Shown: positions 33,201 through 40,827 of the stretch, in pieces
Layout of the letters: every line of letters begins with the position of its first letter
Position numbering within the stretch: the first letter of the stretch is position 1
Source of the DNA: a virus
IMG/VR virus record: IMGVR_UViG_3300020165_000035
Coordinates: 1-45,296 of that record
DNA length: 45,296 bases
Reading direction: 5' to 3' (one strand)
The notes under the pieces: model-generated
Database searches by the model: none
Told to the model about the DNA's origin: nothing
The model's input: the letters and a program-made list of their open reading frames with translations, nothing else
Program-made: the position numbers and the translations under genes

Positions 33201-36200
33201 CAGCATGAATAATAATATCTAAGAGGTTTTGGATCTTAGTAATATTACCTGAATCTGTTCCTGCCGTATAACCCGCAATAATAGATTTTAACTGTTCGTA
33301 TGCTGCAATCGTTGCAGTCAGTTCACTTTGACCAAGTCGATCAGCATAACCATTACCAAAGATAGAGAAGTATGCTCGCATCGCAATAGAGGTTGCGCTG
33401 TTACCACCGTACTTGAGATCATAGGTCAACGCATCCAGAATGTATCCCACGTCTCTGCGACAAGTTGCCTGATCGTAAGAGTATGTTGGGAAAACGCTAT
33501 TGGCATAAAATACTACTTGCTCTTGTAACGTAGATCTGATAGCATGAAAAGTACTGCTCTCGCCAGTGAAAGTAGGCACAACAACAGGAATTGCTGATCC
33601 ATCTGCGGCATTGATTGCGTCTCTAATCCTTTCGATTAAAGCAACAACCCGAGCTTCTTCCGTAGAAGTCGTGACGTAATTATTAATGATAGTTTTTAAC
33701 TGTTCGTATGCAGCAAGTGAGGCGGTAATTTCACCGGCACCTAATTGATTAGTCCAGATGTCTGCGAGACCATCTAAACTTTCGTATGCAGTTGTGGTGT
33801 TCTCGATGTTAAGGTCTTTACCGACCCAGTATGAACGAGCATTGGTATCAGTAGCAAAAGAACCGTCGAAAAGAATATCGTGAGTCACGGCATCTACAAT
33901 GTATCCAACGTCTCTTTGACACTTGTCTTGATCGTATTCTAACGAATCGAAATTGTTTTGAATCCAAGTGATCAACTGACCCTGAATGGTTCTTCGATTA
34001 ACGATCAGAGCGTTTGCTGCATTTCTCTTATCGGCACTCTCACTTCCAGTTCCGGTAAAGTCGATAGAGGTTCCGTCTTCTTTTCCGTATGCGGTGGACT
34101 CTTCAAGGAGTTCAGTGATCTGTTTGATACGTGCCGTAACGAAAGTCTGACTTGTTGCGTTAATACCAGATGCGTTGATCTGGTCTCGCAAGTAATTGAT
34201 AGAATCGATTGTGTATTGTAATTGATCGCTCTGAACTTTTTGTGCATTACCTCTTTGGTATGCGAGTCCAGCAGTGATGCTATTATAGTCTGTATTGTTC
34301 TGTAAGTCAAGAGCAATCGCATCAATTATTAAACCGGTGTCTCGTTCACACTTGTGTTGATCGAAACTGCCTACAATGTTTTGATCATTTACATAGTCGA
34401 TGACATCGTTCTGAATGATCAATCTGTTTGCAACGATGGCATCAAAATCTGTTGTTGTCAATCCCGCAGTATCCACTTCTACTTCCGCAGGAATACTATC
34501 GGTATTACCAGCAGTAATAACGCCAGTGACCAGACCCATGAGTTCATCAACTCTTGCATTTTCAGAAGTATAATTCTTAATCTCTCCTGCAAGAAAATTG
34601 TACGCCGCAACTGTAGGTGCGGTTTCTCCTGAACCTAACTGGGAATTTGTTCCTGCAAAATATGAAAGTGCAGCATTACGAGAGGCGGTGTTACCGCCAT
34701 ACAACAAATCAATATTTATTGCATCAATTACGAATCCTGTATCTCTTTCGCACTTGGCTTGATCATATGCCAGTCCAGAATAGTTAGCAGTAATGAAGTT
34801 AGTAGTTGCTGTGATCAAAGCACTTCTCTGTGATCGTATAGTTCCGTGGTCTATATCTCTAAACTGTGAAGATGCATACGTTCCGTTTGCGGGATAAGTA
34901 GCATAGGTTTGAACTGTTGTTACGGTTCCATCAAGAACATCTATCACACGTTCAAACAACGTGTCTACCGTTGCATCAAGTGCGCCAACTAATGCTTTAA
35001 CTTTTGACTTGGCAAAATTAACAGCATCAATAGTTGCTTGTTTCTGATCGCTCAACACATAAGCAGTATTTGCTCTTAGGTATGAATTACCTGCCGCAAT
35101 TGTCCAAAAATCTGATCCAAGTAAAAGATCACGTGCAACAGCATCAAGGATTAATCCAACGTCTCTTGCACACTTACCGGCATTATATCCACCAAGTTTA
35201 GTGGACCAATTCAGATCAACATAGTCAATCGTGGCAGCCTGAGCACCTACGATTCCTGCAACGATAGCATCATATTCGGTAGTAATCAATCCAGTAGTAA
35301 CGATATTTACTTCTGCGGAAAGACCCGTGGTATTACCCGCCGTGATAACACCGGTGATTTCATCCACAAGTCCACCAAGAACTGTTTGTTCCGGAGCAGT
35401 CGTAACCACTGCGTTAATCCGTGTTTTAAGATCATTGTATGCCGCAACAGTTGCAGTGCCTTCTCCGAAACCTAACTGAGATACTGTACCTGAGAAATAT
35501 GCCAGAGCATTTGTGCGAGTCGCAGTGTTACCACCATACTTGACATCATGGGATAAACCGTCTATGATATAACCAACATCTCTTTCACATTTTGCTTGAT
35601 CGTAACCAAGACCTGGATAGTTGGCATTGATGTAAACCGTGGTATCAGAAATTAATGTTGCACGATTTGCTTGAAGATTCGTAGTTGCCGCAATTCGATC
35701 TGCCGTCTGGTATGTTGCCCCTGCCGTAGTCACATAGTTGATTGTTGGGTAAACCGTTTGCGTTGCGTTAATGACATCGGTAACATTCTTGAAAAGGTTT
35801 TCGATGTCAGTATCGGAAGTAACACCAGCAAGAGCAATAATGTAATCTCTCGCAAAGTTGATACCCGCAATAGTTGCTTCGTTCTGATCGCTCAATACAT
35901 AAGCAGAGGAAGACCTATTGTATGCCCAACCAGCAGTAATCGTATTGTAGTCAGTGCCTAATAATAGATCACGTGCAACCGCGTTGACAATTAGACCGAC
36001 ATCCCGAGAACAAGTTGTCGCATCGTATGACCCTGTGAGGAAATCGTTTGCGGGGTTGTTCAGGTAATCTAGGACCGCATCCTGAATTGCTTCTTTGTTA
36101 GTCTGAATAGCATTAGATGCTGCATTCGCGTCAGTCTGTGCTTCGACAGGTGGATCAGGAAACTCTAATGCAGAGGCAGTGCCGCCCACAAGAATCTCAA

Positions 36201-36753
36201 TGATCTCATCGAAACCAGAAGCAACACGTAGTTTAGAAGTCGCGTCAGTTTTTACTGCGGGAACAGAAACCATACCGAGACGTTCTTCGTTGATTGCTCG
36301 TCTAGTCTGATAGAGTTGTTCTGCGGTAACTTTAATCGCGTTACCACGCTTATACGATTGTCCAGCAGTTACCGCACCATAGTTTGTGCCTAATGCCATG
36401 TCATAACGAACACCATCCATAATAAGGTTAAGGTCTCGTTCACATGTAGTTTCGTCAAACTTGAAGTTTTCTTTTGCATATACAACTGCTACTGCCGAAT
36501 CCAAAGAGGAGAAAGCATTCATCAAAGATTTGCCATCATTTCCAGGAACGCCCGACTTAGAAACATAATAGACGTTATCTACATCTTCGGCACCAATTGA
36601 ATTGATACTGACTTCGCCGTTCTTGTCTTTCTTAATATACGCTTTACCATCGTGCGTATTGATTGCAATCTCGCCGAAGTCTATTTCATTAAGAGTCGGA
36701 GCACGTCCTGGTATGTCGCTGCGCGGAAATAATATTTTTTTTCTGGATGCCAT
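30289..36753 (-). CDS. Giant multidomain virion protein (2154 aa): Mtd_N-like N-terminus, eight CxRD helical repeats, parallel beta-helix, FG-GAP-like propeller, C-terminal domain
   Basis: N-terminal ILFPRSDIPGRAP...GEIAINTHDGK. CxRD repeats at aa 104-1098. TIFLKSGDY..NNPIKLPPKTSIIGDALR and SPYVQNCTS beta-helix motifs. Repeated FGxxVxIS/GAxYVF blades at about aa 1525-2025. Confidence 0.8.
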   Translation of the reverse strand: MASRKKILFPRSDIPGRAPTLNEIDFGEIAINTHDGKAYIKKDKNGEVSINSIGAEDVDNVYYVSKSGVPGNDGKSLMNAFSSLDSAVAVVYAKENFKFDETTCERDLNLIMDGVRYDMALGTNYGAVTAGQSYKRGNAIKVTAEQLYQTRRAINEERLGMVSVPAVKTDATSKLRVASGFDEIIEILVGGTASALEFPDPPVEAQTDANAASNAIQTNKEAIQDAVLDYLNNPANDFLTGSYDATTCSRDVGLIVNAVARDLLLGTDYNTITAGWAYNRSSSAYVLSDQNEATIAGINFARDYIIALAGVTSDTDIENLFKNVTDVINATQTVYPTINYVTTAGATYQTADRIAATTNLQANRATLISDTTVYINANYPGLGYDQAKCERDVGYIIDGLSHDVKYGGNTATRTNALAYFSGTVSQLGFGEGTATVAAYNDLKTRINAVVTTAPEQTVLGGLVDEITGVITAGNTTGLSAEVNIVTTGLITTEYDAIVAGIVGAQAATIDYVDLNWSTKLGGYNAGKCARDVGLILDAVARDLLLGSDFWTIAAGNSYLRANTAYVLSDQKQATIDAVNFAKSKVKALVGALDATVDTLFERVIDVLDGTVTTVQTYATYPANGTYASSQFRDIDHGTIRSQRSALITATTNFITANYSGLAYDQAKCERDTGFVIDAINIDLLYGGNTASRNAALSYFAGTNSQLGSGETAPTVAAYNFLAGEIKNYTSENARVDELMGLVTGVITAGNTDSIPAEVEVDTAGLTTTDFDAIVANRLIIQNDVIDYVNDQNIVGSFDQHKCERDTGLIIDAIALDLQNNTDYNSITAGLAYQRGNAQKVQSDQLQYTIDSINYLRDQINASGINATSQTFVTARIKQITELLEESTAYGKEDGTSIDFTGTGSESADKRNAANALIVNRRTIQGQLITWIQNNFDSLEYDQDKCQRDVGYIVDAVTHDILFDGSFATDTNARSYWVGKDLNIENTTTAYESLDGLADIWTNQLGAGEITASLAAYEQLKTIINNYVTTSTEEARVVALIERIRDAINAADGSAIPVVVPTFTGESSTFHAIRSTLQEQVVFYANSVFPTYSYDQATCRRDVGYILDALTYDLKYGGNSATSIAMRAYFSIFGNGYADRLGQSELTATIAAYEQLKSIIAGYTAGTDSGNITKIQNLLDIIIHAVEQSSIGTFQLGDFFNGTAIYQYNYPTGLAVGYDSLVFPDLVSIGISTTTPEIYTAWSKFEQGITLSSVPTPERQTIIRQSSETAQNQGTDTTIFLKSGDYTVNNPIKLPPKTSIIGDALRATTIRPRNVDSDIFWVDNGCYVKEVTFRDHQNGAACVAFDPRNDAITGPFITQSPYVQNCTSLTTSGIGMKIDGSKVSGLRSMVLDAFTQFNADGIGVHLTNRAYAQLVSCFTISTSTSILAETGGQCSVTNSNSSFGDRGLVSTGGSESIYNGSLHADYNLNDDIIRINGITNTDAANYSLQLGDFKKPNYNDAIKFDSDNYYYTVLDVSDEILQNWGVSGNTDQIVYETGDTPRGNYHSAGIAMSSDDTTLTWANRDASYQEFWERAEGSKTWQFVQSIAPVNPINNGTGSSFGYAPEQSGISADGKVVVTGAENARYVTGYSDTTTLHGAAYVFEKDGSTWSQTHFLEDSVSSSPTKNGQTRQFGKRTSISGDGNTICISNKFDSDTNFISGAIHVFNRDSALDPDGFTFAQKLLFPKGTASFAPSTAISNDGGSILAAWRGDVAYYYTKNQFGTYSISQNISLPQFQNNGTISDHIVAMNPDATYAAFANPTSGNTVVSRAQASSVGVSNILVDSAEKFTIGQTLYSGSFENANYEDRDANLTDGTTVINIPASNQLTISSPNIGTWDGSNYVFGYTDETGGVDMFAFKEGNWTHQETLYPSDGREGTRMGRSIDINDKGDIVVVGANRSSASEVANDTVGAYIFERGGTNWTEVNILRPQNRQFNGDTNASFNDDRFGEGVAVGGSADYLAISAPERTADVSIPYRGAAFTYSSILPETGSYDITIAPPLNKNMKGEQTSNFHQRSLISASSHTFEFVGSGTNMFAAVPQNGGIPKKDLEVVFDSADAAQPNFGLVYFTATDELGDFRIGGDLTINRESGTITGTTFDRSLFAVLTPYILALEG
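33154..36471 (-). repeat. Eight tandem ~140-aa alpha-helical repeats with an invariant Cys-x-Arg-Asp
   Basis: Cys codons checked at 36444, 36012, 35589, 35172, 34752, 34350, 33921 and 33462 (aa 104, 248, 389, 528, 668, 802, 945, 1098). Spacing is 134-153 aa. Confidence 0.9.
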
Positions 36754-36779
36754 ACTTATTCTCTATCGTATCTTTTTAT

Positions 36780-38255
36780 TTAGGCGTATGTGCCACAGTC
36801 GATTACTTCAAATTCAAGCGATTGGGCATATATCTTGGGTGAAAATTCCCATCGTGCCGAATCGACTCCGTTGTTTGCATAACGAGCATACGCATAGGGA
36901 GATGCTGAATCTCCTATCGCAATACCGGCACCGTTAGCGAGAACAGCGGTTGGTGTTCCATTCGCAATAACAATCTGTTGATCTTCTACTAATAATTCTG
37001 TTGTTGAGATATTAGTCTGTTCGCCGTAAACAAAGAGATTTCTATTTACTATCAAGTCACCATCAATTGTGGTAGAGTCTAATGTCGTAAGACCATCTAC
37101 ATTAAAATCGACATCTACTTGAACATTCTGTTTGAAGGTTGCGCTTGCTGAATCAAACGTTGCAAGCAATGGGAAAGACGGTCCACCATTCCTAAATTCT
37201 ATTGCACCATTATCATCATCTGAGTATAGAACAACTTTTTGATTTGCTGTTTGAGTTCCTAGTTCTATTGCCCCGCCTTGACTTAATTCAAGTCGTGCCC
37301 TAGTTGATTGAATACCCCCACTTCTAAATTCAAGTGATTTATTATAAGTAACAAGACTAATTGACCCGCCTTCTGTTAACTCTTGCAATCGGATTTCTGA
37401 TCCAGGATTACCTTCTGGTCTGAATATTAATCCTCGATCATTAAAGGTAGGTCCAGTTGAACCATTTATAATTAACAAAGGGTCAATCGTAGTTGAGTCT
37501 AATGTTGTAAGACCATCTACGTTGAGATCTTCATTGATCTGTAAAATATCAAACGTTGCTGAGTCGAGGATGGCTTGTCTTACATGAAGAGTTCTCCATC
37601 TCTGCAAAGCAGTTCCGAGGTCATACGTATCTGTGATATTGGGTATAAGAGAAGAATTAATATCTGCACCGAAAACAACGTTATCGGTGTTCTGATCACC
37701 CACCGTAATCGTTCCGGAAGTTCCTGCTTTCAAGGTCGCTATACCATCAACAGTTAGAGTACCATCGATTTGTACGTTCTGTGTGACCTGCAGGTCGCCT
37801 GTGACCTTGGTTAAACCAGTGCCACCACGTAACACTAGGTCATTTGTTGCTTCTGTTGATACAGAGTCTTTGTTAAAATATAAAAAATCTACAAGAAGTT
37901 CGTTGAGTTTTTTATCGTCATCTACCAAAAGAGAGGATGCAGCAGTAACAATACCGCGCTGATGATTCATCATGTCGGTGAAATATTTACCGCCGATAGT
38001 ATGAATCTCAGACGAATAGTAATGCGATACCGAGTCGCCTTGGGAGTTTACATCTGGTTCATATAATATGTTACCAGCACCAATATAAAGACGATCACCG
38101 CCATTACCCAAACCGTCATCGTTAGTATCTGCTAATAAAGAATATGCTATCTCAGAAACTTGTATTAACGATTTTCCAGTACCATCTTCTACTGGCAGAC
38201 CCCTAGTTGTCGAGCGTCTTATTAATATTGTGGCATGAGAAGAATCGTGGGACAT
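36780..38255 (-). CDS. Fibre-like virion protein (491 aa) with an Mtd_N-like N-terminus and VDGLTTLDSTTI repeats
   Basis: ILIRRSTTRG.P...EIAYS...GNGGDRLYIG N-terminus. Shares the VDGxTTLDSTTI motif with the 2456-aa protein. C-terminal IDCGTY. Confidence 0.7.
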   Translation of the reverse strand: MSHDSSHATILIRRSTTRGLPVEDGTGKSLIQVSEIAYSLLADTNDDGLGNGGDRLYIGAGNILYEPDVNSQGDSVSHYYSSEIHTIGGKYFTDMMNHQRGIVTAASSLLVDDDKKLNELLVDFLYFNKDSVSTEATNDLVLRGGTGLTKVTGDLQVTQNVQIDGTLTVDGIATLKAGTSGTITVGDQNTDNVVFGADINSSLIPNITDTYDLGTALQRWRTLHVRQAILDSATFDILQINEDLNVDGLTTLDSTTIDPLLIINGSTGPTFNDRGLIFRPEGNPGSEIRLQELTEGGSISLVTYNKSLEFRSGGIQSTRARLELSQGGAIELGTQTANQKVVLYSDDDNGAIEFRNGGPSFPLLATFDSASATFKQNVQVDVDFNVDGLTTLDSTTIDGDLIVNRNLFVYGEQTNISTTELLVEDQQIVIANGTPTAVLANGAGIAIGDSASPYAYARYANNGVDSARWEFSPKIYAQSLEFEVIDCGTYA

Positions 38256-38464
38256 TAGTAATCCCCACCGTCAAAGGTTGCGACATTCAAAACGCTAGAT
38301 GCTTGCCATAGACCAAGTGTTCCGTTATAAACTAAAACATCTCCTTCTACCGCCCCAGTAGCATTTACACCCGGAATTCCTGCTGCTTGAACAGTTCTAA
38401 CAGGAGTTCCGACTACAATTTTATCAACAACAATGGTTTTATTATTGGTTAGTTTATAACCCAT
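38255..38464 (-). CDS. Small virion protein (69 aa)
   Basis: GDVLVYNGTLGLWQA and C-terminal DGGDY, motifs typical of small fibre-associated proteins. Its stop overlaps the next start. Confidence 0.6.
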   Translation of the reverse strand: MGYKLTNNKTIVVDKIVVGTPVRTVQAAGIPGVNATGAVEGDVLVYNGTLGLWQASSVLNVATFDGGDY

Positions 38465-38473
38465 GAGAACTCC

Positions 38474-38845
38474 TTACTTTGTCACTGAAGGTGTGACTTG
38501 AATATGACCTTCAAGTATTCTTTCAATAATATAAGTGAGGTTGCCACTACCATCTGATTCACTAACATATGCCATTTCTACATCATAAACGTATCGTTTT
38601 TTAGTGTTAAGTAAATCGGTTTGTTGGTTGGTCAGCGATAAATTTACAATACCATCTGTGGGCGGATCCGCAATTATTCCTGTGAAAAGTATCTTCTCAC
38701 TAGAATCTGCACCGTAACTCGGTTTCATTGAAGCATTGACTGTATAGTCAGTTAGGTTTTTAATGCTCTTATCTTTGTTTATTAAATGCAGTTCAATTGA
38801 AACATCGGTTCCTTGATCGATTGTGATGTCTTCGTAATACGCCAT
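38474..38845 (-). CDS. BppU-like/Ig-fold virion protein (123 aa)
   Basis: DITIDQGTD...NLTDYTVNASM...G.V.LSLT..QT.LL...RYVYDVE...RILEG.I.VTPSVT pattern. Late promoter upstream. Confidence 0.65.
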   Translation of the reverse strand: MAYYEDITIDQGTDVSIELHLINKDKSIKNLTDYTVNASMKPSYGADSSEKILFTGIIADPPTDGIVNLSLTNQQTDLLNTKKRYVYDVEMAYVSESDGSGNLTYIIERILEGHIQVTPSVTK

Positions 38846-38875
38846 TAGTACAGTCCGTGAGAATACTTATGGTTT

Positions 38876-38883
38876 TATTTATA
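38876..38883 (-). promoter_or_regulatory. T4-type late promoter TATAAATA
   Basis: TATTTATA on + at 38876-38883, intergenic, 31 nt upstream of the ATG at 38845. Confidence 0.8.
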
Positions 38884-38892
38884 ACAATTAGA

Positions 38893-39576
38893 TTACTGAT
38901 CCGAAGATATACCTTCAATAATCCATTTTTGGAGTTCTTTTGATCGATAAGTAGTATCTAAGGTAAAAGCAATCGTCATTCGCCAATCATCATTTCTTGC
39001 TGAATGATACATTAATTTTTTAGGATCTTCTTTGTATGAGGCAAAATACCCTACTTTACATTGCCATCCAGTTTTATCTGGAATTTTAACTATCTGTTTC
39101 TTTTCACGATCTAGAAATGAAAAATGTCCTTTTCCGCTTTCACTCCAAGTAAATATAATATTATATGCACTCGCGTTAGCATTATTATGCCAACCTATAA
39201 ATCCGCCTGGCGGATAAACTGAAAATAACGCATTAGATTTAAAAGCGTTTTTAAGTTTAAACTCTTCTAATCTACTCCAAACCTTTTCCAGTAGCGACAC
39301 ATATTCTTCGCCTTCTGAATCGGGATTTAATTTAAATGTATTAAGTTGTAAACTATAACTTTTAAGGTAATCAGGAAATCCTTTATGACTGTGACCTTCT
39401 TTTAATACTTCTTTAAGATAGTCTATTCCAGTCCAGTAATCTGCTTGTTTATAAGTAAAATTATGTCCTATACAATAAAAATGTTTTAAAAAATCAGATT
39501 CCTTGCATTGTTCAAAAAACGAAAGATCATTTAAAAGTTCCAGATTTCTAATAGGAACATCCGTCATTGTGGTCAT
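38893..39576 (-). CDS. 2OG-Fe(II) oxygenase-like (DSBH) protein (227 aa)
   Basis: YPPGGFIGWH130NN132, distal H191 and R199-x-T-I-A-F, the layout of the 2OG oxygenase double-stranded beta-helix. ATGA overlap with the upstream glycosyltransferase. Confidence 0.65.
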   Translation of the reverse strand: MTTMTDVPIRNLELLNDLSFFEQCKESDFLKHFYCIGHNFTYKQADYWTGIDYLKEVLKEGHSHKGFPDYLKSYSLQLNTFKLNPDSEGEEYVSLLEKVWSRLEEFKLKNAFKSNALFSVYPPGGFIGWHNNANASAYNIIFTWSESGKGHFSFLDREKKQIVKIPDKTGWQCKVGYFASYKEDPKKLMYHSARNDDWRMTIAFTLDTTYRSKELQKWIIEGISSDQ

Positions 39577-40343
39577 CTTAATCTACTTCTTGCTAAACTT
39601 TCTTTTTTAGGAACAGAATTAGAATAATGAAATACAACCGGTTCTTTATCGTTACAATGATCCCATTCATATCCATGAAAGTTATTCCATCTGCAATCGT
39701 ATTCGTCATCTAATCTACCTACCAAAATATCAGAATATTTAGGTTCTCGATTTAATAACCACCATAAAGAAAATTGATCCCATCTTGCTAACGATTTAGG
39801 ATAGTTGACGGTATCAGGTGTTCCGTCAGGAGCGGAAGGCCACCACTCGCCGCTATACTGTTTAACAGTAAGGTCATACCAATCGTTCATTAGGTCTTTA
39901 ACGAGAGGTTTGGTCATATCGTAGAGACAAACTGCTCCGCACCAATCAAATGATACACCATTGCCCCATTCATATTCAGCAAAAATATATGATCTTTCGT
40001 CTGTTAGAGCAGTGAACAATACGTGCTTATCTTTAAATAAATCGAATACAGTGGGCAAGTCACCATGAATAATTTCACAATCAGCATCTATATAAAAGGT
40101 CTGGTCAAAGGGAGTGTTTGCCATCCCCCATAACTTTGCTCTTGGATGATTATCACACGTTAAAATATGATCCGCAATATGGGATCCGCCGAGATCTAAA
40201 TATTTTTGTTCTGATACTAAACAAACTTTGGCATCTGGATCAAACTCTTTAATTGAAGAAATTAAATTTAAAGCACTATAATAATAAAACTCTAATCTAT
40301 TTGCTACTACTACATACCCTTTATTTACTTTCGTCATTATCAA
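39573..40343 (-). CDS. GT-A fold (GT8-like) glycosyltransferase (256 aa; start may be Met3 at 40337)
   Basis: N-terminal strand-helix GYVVVA...SALNLISSIK, KLW..A.TPFDQTFYID86AD88 (DxD), later DQFSL, RWN and VFHY motifs. Confidence 0.75.
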   Translation of the reverse strand: MIMTKVNKGYVVVANRLEFYYYSALNLISSIKEFDPDAKVCLVSEQKYLDLGGSHIADHILTCDNHPRAKLWGMANTPFDQTFYIDADCEIIHGDLPTVFDLFKDKHVLFTALTDERSYIFAEYEWGNGVSFDWCGAVCLYDMTKPLVKDLMNDWYDLTVKQYSGEWWPSAPDGTPDTVNYPKSLARWDQFSLWWLLNREPKYSDILVGRLDDEYDCRWNNFHGYEWDHCNDKEPVVFHYSNSVPKKESLARSRLR

Positions 40344-40779
40344 TTTCCAAAGACTTCAATAATACAACTGCAATCCAAGCGTTCATTTCAATATCGCTTT
40401 TAGATCCTCGAATTTTAGTTCGAAGTGCTTTATCTGTACATTCACGAACCTCTTTGATTTCGAAAGCTTTCAACTTGAGTCCAAACAAATGTTCTAACCC
40501 AGCAGATCTTTCTCTCTGATTTTTTTTCAAATCAGTCTCATTTTTTTCTTTGAGTTTAGTTTTACGGCGTATGTCCGTATTTTTAGTGATTCTGTCTTCA
40601 CCAATTTCTGCGAGTAGTTGTGTCCATAATGGATTGACGCTACCGTCAGGAAGATTTTTAGGAACAGGTTGCTGTCTATTTTCGACAGTGCCATCATCTT
40701 TCTCAATCGTATAGATTGACATTGCTTCTGTTTTTTCTTTATTGACCCAAAACGGGTTACTTTGGAAATATGCTTTCAT
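40321..40779 (-). CDS. Hypothetical charged helical protein (152 aa), possible fibre-assembly chaperone
   Basis: ORF in operon orientation directly after the repeat fibre and overlapping the GT start. Function inferred from position only. Confidence 0.6.
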   Translation of the reverse strand: MKAYFQSNPFWVNKEKTEAMSIYTIEKDDGTVENRQQPVPKNLPDGSVNPLWTQLLAEIGEDRITKNTDIRRKTKLKEKNETDLKKNQRERSAGLEHLFGLKLKAFEIKEVRECTDKALRTKIRGSKSDIEMNAWIAVVLLKSLEIDNDESK

Positions 40780-40827
40780 ATATCATCCTTTAAAAATACT
40801 CAATCATCTCATATATCTAGTAGTTTA

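Noticed and set aside
33154-36471. Calling the CxRD repeats bona fide cpcA/apcA auxiliary genes
   Set aside because: They are internal repeats of a 2154-aa structural protein, lack the N-terminal X/Y helices of phycobiliproteins, and the similarity is by eye only. Reported as a hypothesis instead.
36777-36783. CTAAATA as variant late promoters (also 18894-18900)
   Set aside because: Both coincide with TAA stop codons in AT-rich junctions and deviate from consensus. The 18894 site is too close to the next ATG.
30289-38255. Diversity-generating retroelement suggested by the Mtd_N-like N-termini
   Set aside because: No reverse transcriptase and no TR/VR pair with adenine-specific differences in the window.
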